Shown piece by piece: positions 53,093-64,000 of a DNA stretch of 64,000 nucleotides (its first letter is position 1; each line of letters opens with the position of its first letter). The position numbers were made by a program, and so were the translations under genes. The notes under the pieces are model-generated. The model saw nothing but the letters and a program-made list of their open reading frames with translations, did not search any database and had not been told where the DNA came from. The stretch is from Eledone cirrhosa (lineage: Eukaryota): the NCBI GenBank assembly GCA_964016885.1, contig OZ024740.1:328600001-328664000 (forward strand), written 5' to 3'.

Positions 53093-55390
53093 GGCGGAGG
53101 ATTGGCAGAGTCATTAGTGTGACAGACAAATGCTTAACAGTATTTGTTCTGGCTATTTATGATCTGAGTTTAAATTCCATCGAGGTCAACTTTGCCCTTC
53201 CGGGGCCGATAAAAAAAAATACCAGTAAAGAACTGGAGTTGATATTGTAGCGGTTGTCTCCCTTGTTTTGATTGGGATCCAGACGGGAGGTGGAGCCCTT
53301 TCTGCGACTTCCGGTCAGAGCCCTGTAAAACTGGCGGCTTTGAGCTTCCTCTCTCTCTTTGCCTTTTCGGCACCAGGTCAAGAGTCTTCTCATTTGGCTC
53401 TGCCATTAATTTGGCCAACAGGCGCCTGGCCTTAGCCAGGCGCCCTCTGCCAGCCGCGTTTGCCTGGCAATCAAAACGGTAACTACTAACTTTGTTTCAT
53501 TCTAACATATATCTTTGACATGTCAAGTATTCTATCTACCGTTAATTAAATATAATATACACAAACATTGTCTCGTTTTGTTACATTCATACAACCCAGT
53601 TTCCTCGCTATATTGGTAACCCTGACGTGATACGAACACGCAGCCGCTCATCGCTATAAGTGGTCACCCCCCTAAAAAAAGAAAAAAATAGCACATCTGG
53701 TTTTGTGAGTAACATTACGAATACACAGCAAATTTAGCGACAAACTATGAAAATACTCAAGGACACGCACACACGCACATGTGGAATTCGCACAGACATA
53801 CTTTTTCTCTCACGCATCAATTAACTGTCGCATTTCACCAATATATATATATATATGTTTCTCGTTTCTTACAACGAACACTTTCAAAACAAAAAAAAAC
53901 ATTTCACGATATATATATATGTTTCTCGTTTCTTACAACGAACTCTTTCAAAACACAAAAAAAAAAAGAAATTTGATATTCTTTAAAAAACATTTCAACA
54001 GGAACATTTATTTTCGATGAACCATTGCCTTTTGTTCATCGTTTTCTTCATCGTTCTAGTTTTTTGTTTTTTTCAAAAGTTCACACCAATGATTATGCTG
54101 ATTGAAGCCTTTCTTTTTCATCATTGTCACTTTCAAAATTGCACTATCATTTTCTCGCGCGTTAGAAATATTTTTTTTTCAACCTTGTATTGGCACGTGT
54201 AGGCAGCATAAATTCTCGATTCACTGAGATGTCTCTACTCACAGACAGCCGCACGCCATTTATCACCAGGGATTCTTCAGCCTTAAGCTATATTCTTCTA
54301 TTTGCCGGTTTATAAATTTACAATGTAAATTTACCGTTGATAACCGCGCATTTATTAAGAATGCTTATTTCTCTGGTCGCTGGCCTCTTGACCCTTCCAG
54401 GTCAACGCATTCTCAACATCGACCATCAACTTCGGCTACTATTTCTAGCACTTTGCGCAACTCATTTTTTCTAAAAAAAAATTTTTTACTGTGAATTTAA
54501 ACACCGAATACGCTCACTCAGCGAGACAACAGCAGCAGCAACAGCAATACATCAATACAGCTTCACCAAAGCCAGAGAATTCATTTTTGCAGCACTCTTC
54601 CTGTGAGAAAATCCATTCGGAGGTTGGAAATTTCACGATATACCACAGAACAGAAACCACCTGCATTCATTCTCTGGAACACACTTTCTTTCCTGCTGTC
54701 ATGTGATTGCACACCTGTGAACTATATTTTGAACTTTGAGCTCTTCTATTACTTTTACTTTATTACATTGTATCTTTGGGTGATGGATAGATGGATGTCC
54801 AGTCGTTCTCTGGCCAAGAGCGGTTGGCTACCTTGATATCTATCATTGATTTTTCCAAACATTCTTTTGTCGTAATTTTCATGCCTGTTACAACATTCTC
54901 GCCAACTTGCTACATATTTTCATTTCGATTTTTATACACTAAAATTCTGGCGGGAGGTTATGTAGCGGTTGTCTCCCTTGTTTTGATTGGGATCCAGACG
55001 GGAGGTGGAGCCCTTTCTGCGACTTCCGGTCAGAGCCCTGTAAAACTGGCGGCTTTGAGCTTCCTCTCTCTCTTTGCCTTTTCGGCACCAGGTCAAGAGT
55101 CTTCTCATTTGGCTCTGCCATTAATTTGGCCAACAGGCGCCTGGCCTTAGCCAGGCGCCCTCTGCCAGCCGCGTTTGCCTGGCAATCAAAACGGTAACTA
55201 CTAACTTTGTTTCATTCTAACATATATCTTTGACATGTCAAGTATTCTATCTACCGTTAATTAAATATTATATACACAAACATTGTCTCGTTTTGTTACA
55301 TTCATACAACCCAGTTTCCTCGCTATAATATAATCGATTTCTCTCCCCACAAATTGCTGGTCTTGTGCCTAAATTAGAAATAATTACATT
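53093..55390 (+). mobile_element. SINE family 1 copy split by the LTR element (53093-53245 and 55328-55390)
   Basis: The two halves rejoin as CTGGAGTTGATAT|AATCGATTT..AAATTGCTGGTCTTGTGCC, co-linear with 58569-58781. Confidence 0.78.
53246..55327 (+). mobile_element. Non-autonomous LTR retroelement (two 367-bp LTRs, 1348-bp non-coding interior)
   Basis: LTRs 53246-53612 and 54961-55327 (TGTAGCG...CGCTATA, one difference seen); PBS TGGTAACCCTGACGTGAT matching the tRNA-Trp 3' end; purine tract GGCGGGAGG before the 3' LTR; 4-bp TSD ATAT. Confidence 0.9.
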
Positions 55391-55827
55391 ATAGGCAGTC
55401 ACTCTTCGCAGAAATGAGAAGTGTGTTGAAAGACTAAATAAATATGAATTTGAAGAGCATGAGAAAAAGTAGAAAGAAGGGAAGGTATGTTGACTAGATA
55501 TTAAGAGTGGTATGTCAAAGGCAAAGCTAGATAAAGGGTGGAGGTAGTGTGAGGATGGAATGCTTTTGAATATTAATCTGTTTGATTAGGTCTGACCTTG
55601 GTCTAAACAATAACGGCAACTACGACACATTTATACAGCAGAGTGTCACATAATGTAATATGTTGAGTTGAAATATTTCGATCAACTGCAACGGTGAGGG
55701 GCAAAGAGTTAAATGGATTAAGACTGAGGAAGTTGTCAAGCACAACTACTCATACACTATTATAAACATAAATATACAAAAGTAAGCATTTATATATGTA
55801 CATGCATATATACAAATACAGTACAAG

Positions 55828-55898
<71 letters not shown>

Positions 55899-56224
55899 TC
55901 GCAGACGGTTGAAGGAGAGAAACTAGATGCACATGGGAAAGGTTAAGGAACGACGTGCAGTCAGTACGAATGGTGGCTACTTTTAAATAAAATGAGAAAT
56001 GAGTGGATGGAGGCTTGTAGTAAGTGGTGGTAAGGCATATTTGTAGTAGTAATAAACTCCACATGCACTTTCATATACGCAATGCATGCATGGTTCCAGA
56101 ATTCATGAGGGAGTTATAAGGGCGCTATATTAGCATACAGCGTTTCTAGAACATTTTAAAATCTGGCAGAGAAGGATAGAGAGTAAGATAAAGGAAGTGA
56201 CAAAGATATACAGAGGAAGAATTT

Positions 56225-56380
56225 TAACCCCAGTACTAGACTGGTACTTTTCTTTATCGACTTCGAATGGATGAAAGGCAAAAATGACCTCGGTGGGTTT
56301 TGAACTCAGAGAACAAAGAGCCCCAAAATACCCCGTAAAACATTCTATCCGATGTTCTACTGACGCTGCCAATTCGGTAC
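56225..56380 (-). mobile_element. SINE family 1, diverged. Other diverged copies near 8845-9025, 14915-15060, 40806-40953, 42871-43051 and 58058-58178
   Basis: CTGGTACTT..TTTATCGAC..GGATGAAAGGCAAA..ACCTCGG..TTTGAACTCAG block. Confidence 0.75.
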
Positions 56381-56906
56381 CTTCTTAGGCAAGCCATAAC
56401 TGTATAGTTAAAGAACACGAGAGTTTATAAGATAAATAATAAATAGAGTAGGTGAAAGTACTGGTTATTAAAAAGGAAAGTATTGTTCTTATTTAATACC
56501 ATGTTAGCCCTGATGTGTGACCAGGCAATCTGTTATTTATGTATGGGCTCAGATCTCTTGATAGAGTCGTGGGGGCATCGAACTGACATACAGCGGGCAT
56601 TCGGCATTTTCAACATGGCGCAGCCCATCCCTCCTTTCTTCCAGAAAATGAGTGGAGAAAGAGATAGACAGATAGCAGATAGATAGACATGCAGGCTTCT
56701 ACATAACTTGGACTTATTTCTCCCACCTTGTAGAAATTTTATAACGAAACGATTGTATGGAAAGTGATATTTATTTAATTATGTCTCATATAAAATAATA
56801 CAGCCGTCTTTCCACATAATACAATATAGTTAGCACCCCAAACGTATAATTGGGAATATACTTAGGTATTTCCTAATATACTTAGGCTTTCACTGTTAAT
56901 GAATTA

Positions 56907-56929
<23 letters not shown>

Positions 56930-56938
<9 letters not shown>

Positions 56939-57613
56939 TTCACAAGAATCAAAGCTATGTTCAAAGCATTTATTCACTTACAATTGTTTCATCCAAACCT
57001 AGGCTTGGAATCTTCGGACCATTTTTCAATGTTTGTACACATAATTGACCTCTTTTCCAACGCAAGAGACATACAGATACATATATATATATTGATGTAC
57101 AGTGGAGTGACAATGGTGGTGGATACGAAAACCATAACTTTCTTTTGCTTCTCCTTTTTATTTTTATTTTTCTGCACCATAATACTCTTACTTACCCGCT
57201 TAAAGGGCTTGTATTACATGTAACACCCTGCCACACAATAATCATATATAAATGAGACACATTTGCATGCCCCACGTGTAACTAACGCATACACTAACTA
57301 CTACATCTGACTAACAAACTATCCTCTTGCATTATCTGTGTTAACTGCCGAACGTATTTTAATTTTAATTTTAATTTTGATTTTGATTTTGAATTTGAAT
57401 TGCTATACAGAAATAATATAGTATAATATATGCCACTCCACTGTACATCAATATATATATATGTATCTGTATGTCTCTTGCGTTGGAAAGGAGGTCAATT
57501 ATGTGTACAAACATTGAAAAATGCTCCGAAGACTCCAAGCCTAGGTTTGGATGACACAATTGTAAGTGAATAAAGGCTTTGAACATAGCTTTGATTCTTG
57601 TGAATTCTATATA
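56930..57613. repeat. Inverted duplication, ~180-bp arms (56930-57109 and 57434-57613)
   Basis: Arms are reverse complements with a handful of substitutions; ~325-bp spacer. Confidence 0.92.
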
Positions 57614-57678
57614 ACTGCTCTGTAGAACAATTAATGTTATTACATTGAGCTATTTATCTTACTGGTAATAAGGTAGTA

Positions 57679-57876
57679 ATAAATTACTGACCTTCACTGT
57701 TTAGGGTTGAAAATATACATAACTATAAAAAGTTTTAGTATATACATAACCATAAATAGTATCCTTTATATATATATATATATATATAAAGGATACTATT
57801 TATGGTTATGTATATACTAAAACTTTTTATAGTTATGTATATTTTCAACCCTAAACAGTGAAGGTCAGTAATTTAT
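57679..57876. repeat. Perfect 198-bp palindrome centred on (TA)n
   Basis: ATAAATTACTGACC...ATCCTT(TA)nAAGGAT...GGTCAGTAATTTAT; no spacer. Confidence 0.95.
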
Positions 57877-57887
57877 ATATATATATA

Positions 57888-58015
<128 letters not shown>

Positions 58016-58568
58016 GTTGAGAGAAAAAGGGGAAGAACCGAGTTGAGTATAGGACTGCTAATTTTTTATCGACTTCGATATAAGTTGACATTAGTGAGTT
58101 TTGAAAACAGAGTGTAGAATTGGAAGGATTACCGCAAAACATTCTATCCGACGTTTTGATAACTCTAACAATTCGCCATCTCCTTTATTCATACACAAGT
58201 AGAAGTACCACCCCCGAGTAGGTTTTTGCTAGTGTAAGTATATGTAGGCGCGTGTGATTCGTAATACATCTATCAAGTGTATTATGAATATATGAAAGGG
58301 GGAGACTATATTTCTGACATGCAAATGATACAAACTGGTATCGACATATATAATCTTGCGGTTTATTAAATTTGATACAAGGTTTATTCCCTACGAAATG
58401 GCGACTTCCAATTTGATTAAGAAAGGATGGTGCATGAGCCAATAAGATGGGAAGGTATGATTGAAAAAGCAAATCACAGCGCCTTCGATGAGATTCGAAC
58501 CTCTTTTTCAATTGGAGAACAAAGAAAATCGGAGCGTTTTCATTTGCAAAAGAAGTTCTAACCTTAAA

Positions 58569-58781
58569 ATTGGCAATATCGGTAGAGAGTCGGACACCAT
58601 GCTTTGCAGCAAAGAGTTACGGCCCTTTATGATCTGAGTTCAAATCCTGCCGAGGTTAACTTTGCCTTTCATCCTTACGGGGTCGATAACATAAAGTACC
58701 AGTCACACACTGGGGTCGATTTAATCGACTTTTCCCCTCCCCCCAAATTACTGGCTTTGTGCCTATACTAAAAATCATTAT
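58569..58781 (+). mobile_element. SINE family 1, near full length
   Basis: ATTGGCAATATCGGTAGAG head, GAGTTCAAATCC B-box, shared body, ATCATTAT end. Confidence 0.85.
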
Positions 58782-59300
58782 GAAATATAAAAGGTAAAAA
58801 CTCTTGTTTTGTTTTGTCATTCTTATTTACCGTACACTAATTATATAATATTTCCTCTTTGCATTGTGCCGGCTTTCCCAATACATTCTTAATTATATAT
58901 CTCACAATGCTTTATATAATATGATATAATATGATATAATATAATATTATATAGCATTATATATATATATATAAATTTTGAGTATATGTTGGTTGTTTAC
59001 CGACACCCGAGTATGCAGAATGGAGCACTCGACGAAGTACGCAGGCTGGTTTGTTTACTCCGGAGTAATGTAAAATAATTAAGTCAAATATGTAAAATTG
59101 TCTTCGTTTATTATAAATTATAGATATACTGCTCTATCCATGTTTTGTGTGTTGGTAATTTTAGGCGTTCCTCTTTCAAAGTGTGATGTTGGCATATTCA
59201 TGTTACTTATATTATATTACGGGGTCGATACAATAAAGTACCAGTAATGCACTGGGATAATTGCTGGCCTTGAGCCAAAAAGTAGAAACAATTATATATA

Positions 59301-59918
59301 TTTAAGTCGTTTGGAAGCCTCGACAATGCAAATGGGTAAATCTCCGGGTAACAAGATCCGGTGGTGGAGAGAGAGATGTAAGTGGGTGTACGTTGAGATG
59401 CGTGGTGTGTATAAGACGTGTAGAGGAATGAAGTAAAGAGTATAAAGGATAAAATAAAAATAACAACACGAGAGAGAGTTACCTTGGGAGAGATTTAATT
59501 GTCCCTATATATTTCGGATTCACATCCAACAACTGGGGGTTTTTTCCGGGGTGGGGGAAAGGTTGTCTGTCGGAAAGGTGCGAAACGCGTCCTCCGCTGT
59601 TTGTTGTTTTGAATATCATTGTCCCTATAATTTCGGATTGACATCCATCAACTGGGGTTTTTTTCCGGGGTTCAAAAAACCCCCAGTTGATGGATGTGAA
59701 TCCGAAATATATAGGGACAATTAAATCTCTCCCAAGGTAACTCTCTCTCGTGTTGTTATTTTTATTTTATCCTTTATACTCTTTACTTCATTCCTCTACA
59801 CGTCTTATACACACCACGCATCTCAACGTACACCCACTTACATCTCTCTCTCCACCACCGGATCTTGTTACCCGGAGATTTACCCATTTGCATTGTCGAG
59901 GCTTCCAAACGACTTAAA
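59301..59918. repeat. Inverted duplication, ~245-bp arms (59301-59545 and 59674-59918); probable inverted Penelope pseudo-LTR
   Basis: Arms are near-perfect reverse complements; lies upstream of the PLE ORFs; contains hammerhead-like units. Confidence 0.85.
59679..59719 (+). ncRNA. Minimal hammerhead-ribozyme-like motif with a variant core
   Basis: CCC-CAGTTGA-T-GGAT(GTGA)ATCC-GAAA-TAT-ATA-GGG has the type I minimal HHR layout, but the core deviates from CUGANGA. Two more copies on the minus strand (~59510-59540 and ~59620-59657). Confidence 0.4.
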
Positions 59919-60260
59919 GATATTTACCTATTATTCCACAATGCTTCAAGAAAACTTCAATACTCTCTTAATTATATATATATATATATTGCTATTGACT
60001 GGTCGGCACAGTTATCTGCACATTTAACAGCTCGATAAATAATGTTTGCCTTCTGAAACGATTGTAAAACAATCGACTAAAGAACTACTACTACTTGTCT
60101 CATCTTTTCATTGTTCAACATTATATATCTAACTTTAGTTTTTGAATATTCAATGACACTTAATGAGATACCTCTTTCCCACTAAAACAAATTTCGCTTT
60201 GTTTCGATGGGAAACTCACATCTACATTTTATCGACTGAGGTAGAACATTAATGTGCATG

Positions 60261-60927
<667 letters not shown>

Positions 60928-61004
60928 TTGTTTCGACACACGATTTCATATCAAAAACCTTGCAAAACAAATATATATATATATTATTATTATTATTATT
61001 ATTA

Positions 61005-62607
61005 TTATTCACCCCCACACGAGATACAGAAAAAGCCTACTAAAACAAAAACAGACTCCACTCTCATTAGCATCAACCAAGAGATACTCCAAGAACTACA
61101 AAAAATTAAATCTAATTTGTCAATACTCACCAACAAACTAAACTCTACAAGTGAAGAAACAATCCCCAAATACACAACCTATGAAATCAACGACAATATC
61201 AATAACTTATGTGAAACAATAAAAACACACCTGAATAACAACACAAACCCTATTCAAACGAACGAAAATACACATGACACTAATACACTTACAACTTACC
61301 AAATAAAAAACAAATTAATACCACAATGGTACACATCTCTTAAAAACAGGAAATTCTCCTTTTGGAAGATGATACAAAACAATAACAAAGCGGAGATCTA
61401 TGAAAAATGGATTAACTCTTCCCCATTAATCATCCCCAGAAAACTACAAATTAAATCCCTCCCAAACGAACCAGAGACACAAAGACACCTCAGGGAAAGA
61501 ATGGCACTTGATAACATAAAAACCGAAATTGAACTCCTTAAATTGAGAGCCCAAGCAAATGAAGATAGGATCAAATCAATCGACGATGAGATTAATCTAG
61601 CAATTATCAATATAACCAAAGACACCACCCTAGAAAATATTTCAAAATTATGGTTAGAGGACTGTAATAAGGAATAATTAAAATCCCTTCAACGCTGGGA
61701 AATAAACGAAACCTGGTTCTCTAACTATGAAACACTTTTCCAAAAAGAACACACATCCAAGAACCCCTTCATTAAAACCATAATAACAAGAAAACTCAAT
61801 CAACACCCAAACAGCACACAACAACCAACAACAACAAAAAACAATACCTCCCCACATACCAACAAAAGAAGGCATCACCTCGCCCCTACCTCCTACACCC
61901 TCCACACAACTACCACACGGACTCCCAAGCAACAAATATAGTAATAGAGAAACATCAGCTACAAGATAGACACTACAACTTCTCTCCTACCAGGAGAAAC
62001 CATAAAACCCCCCACACTTACAACCCCCTTAACATCCCCACACAACAAACCCACAACCATCATTACTTCCAACATAGAACCAAAAATACACAACTACCAC
62101 ACATGTCACACAGGGCCTCACAACCACACACCAGCTATAAGGAAACCCTATTCTACCCTCCCTCCACTTACCACACCCTGCTACAACAACACCAGCAGGG
62201 GACAATACAACCACTACAACCACCATAGCTACACACCATATAACAGCAACAACAGGACTCAATATGAACACACAAGACAACCCTACTACAACTACCATCA
62301 AGTCTACACACCCTACAACAACAGCAGTGCTCAACACAACCACACGTTACAACCCAACTTCAACAACCACCACAACTTCACACCCTATAACCACGTCCAT
62401 CAAATCTACACACCCTACAACAACATCAGCAGGGCTCAATACAACCACACGATACAACCTAAACTCAACAACCACCACAGCTACACACCATCTTACAACA
62501 ACAGCAGGAGCCAATACAACTATAAGAGACATCCAAACTTTAACAGCCATCACAACTTCCGTAATCATTTTTTAGACACAGCACACAGACACAGGATTAC
62601 AAGATAA
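61005..62607 (+). pseudogene. PLE upstream ORF1: coiled-coil region plus N/H/Y/Q-rich repeats, interrupted by stops
   Basis: ORF 60928-61677 (EILQELQKIKSNL; LDNIKTEIELLKLRAQ) continues past TAA 61675 as LKSLQRWEINETWF. The same frame is open again from 62032 to 62607. Confidence 0.65.
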
Positions 62608-64000
62608 CACAAAACACACAGGAGACACAAAATGCAATAAAAATTGTCAATTTAACCTCCAAAGAATTAACAACAGACCAAATCAACATACTCTCCAAAG
62701 GTCTAAAATTTACACCAACTCCCCAACAACCAAACTACCCCGAAATGAAGGAAGATATTGCAGAATTCTGTAGAAAACTAAGACTCAGCGAACAACTATA
62801 CAACAAATACAATGAGGATGACTCAATAGCCAGAAATAGAAGCAACTACACCCCACCAAAAGGCAAGAATAAATTCCTCGATCAATTCTGCGAACACATT
62901 ACTAATTACCCATACCACCACCTACACAGACATAAACAAAAACCAAACCTAAGCCAAAAAGAATGGAATGTTCTTAGTCTAAAAAGCGACAAAACCCTAA
63001 CAATCAAAGAGGCAGATAAAGGGAGTGCAGTAGTCCTTATGGAGACAGATTATTACACAACTCTAGTACTCTCAACTCTAGAAAACCAAACATATTATGA
63101 AAAGGCCCAACACTACACACAACAGAAAATAATGAGAACCTAAAATCCCTAACAACCCGTTACAAAGAAGGCCTTACAGACAAGGAATACAACTACATCA
63201 CCAATTTCAAAAGCAGAACCAGCCTCTTCTACGGTATCCCCAAGACACACAAAAGCGAAGTAATAGGCAGGGCCTGCAAGCAAGCCACAGACGTTTACAT
63301 CAATATAGCCCCTCCTGATGACCTTACATTAAGACCCATAATAGCAGGCACCACATGTGAAACCCACCGCCTAAGCAACTTCCTAGATATTCTGCTTAAA
63401 CCTTTCCTAAAACATATAAAAAGCATCATAAGGGACGACCTTGACATGCTCAACCATCTCCCAACAACACTCAATAACGAACATACCCTACTAGTAACCT
63501 TTGATGTCATCAATTTATATTCCAATATCCCACACAACCTAGGTATAGAGGCAATACAATTCTGGATGGAAAATTTCCCTAGTGAACTTCCACAGCGCAT
63601 CCCTAAAGAATTTGTGTTGGAGGGACTCAAATTCATCTTGGAAAACAATTTCTTCGAATTCAATGCCAAATACTACAGACAGAAATCTGGGACTGCCATG
63701 GGCACGAAAGTGGCCTCCTCATACGCTAACCTTGTCATGGGATATTTGGAAACCATTCTCTATCGAAAAGTTCTAGACAAATACGGCAACCACTTCTACC
63801 AACACAGAAAAAGACTGGAAGAGATATCTGGACGACTGCTTCATCCTCTGGCATGAAAGTATAGATAGACTGTTTGAGTTCAAAACCCTTCTGAATGAGC
63901 TCAACACTAACTTACAATTCACAATGGATTACAGCCATGAACAACTCCCTTTCCTCGACATCCTCATCAAGAAAACAATAAACAAAATAGAAACAGACAT
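62565..64000 (+). pseudogene. PLE reverse transcriptase, frameshifted near 63140 and 63800
   Basis: Motifs spread over ORFs 62745-63143 and 63446-63856 and adjoining frames. The GIY-YIG domain, if present, lies beyond the window. Confidence 0.88.

Noticed and set aside
53157-55150. Duplicated small ORF MAKLMAEPNEK...
   Set aside because: It lies antisense within the two LTRs; no recognisable domain and different C-termini.
56957-57586. Twin ORFs MFKAFIHLQL... on opposite strands
   Set aside because: A by-product of the inverted duplication.
59555-59606. Additional hammerhead at GAAACGCGTC
   Set aside because: The 3' half looks typical, but I find no CUGANGA-like core or stem II upstream.

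Overview
AT-rich, microsatellite-rich eukaryotic DNA. The repeat repertoire suggests a coleoid cephalopod, probably an octopod (inference). One host gene is present: SART3/Prp24 (U4/U6 snRNP recycling factor) on the minus strand. I reconstructed it by hand as 23 phase-consistent GT-AG coding exons (ATG at 47428, TAA at 6967-6969; 2790 nt, 929 aa) encoding HAT repeats, two RRMs and the C-terminal SNDDFRKML Lsm-binding motif. Introns and flanks hold RTE-clade LINEs whose RT carries an inserted PHD-type finger, a CR1-group LINE, two tRNA-derived SINE families, TTAA-flanked MITEs, hAT-like MITEs, a decayed mariner with a deletion-derivative MITE, and a ~1 kb purine satellite. Upstream of the gene (53-64 kb) are three less usual structures. 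The first is a young non-coding LTR element with a tRNA-Trp PBS. The second is a cluster of four (TA)n-associated inverted duplications, two carrying minimal hammerhead-like motifs. The third is a Penelope-like element whose RT frame has no ATG before its first conserved motif and opens exactly at a T-TTT-TTA slippery heptamer, downstream of a coiled-coil plus N/H/Y/Q-rich ORF1. All calls are by eye and repeat boundaries are approximate.
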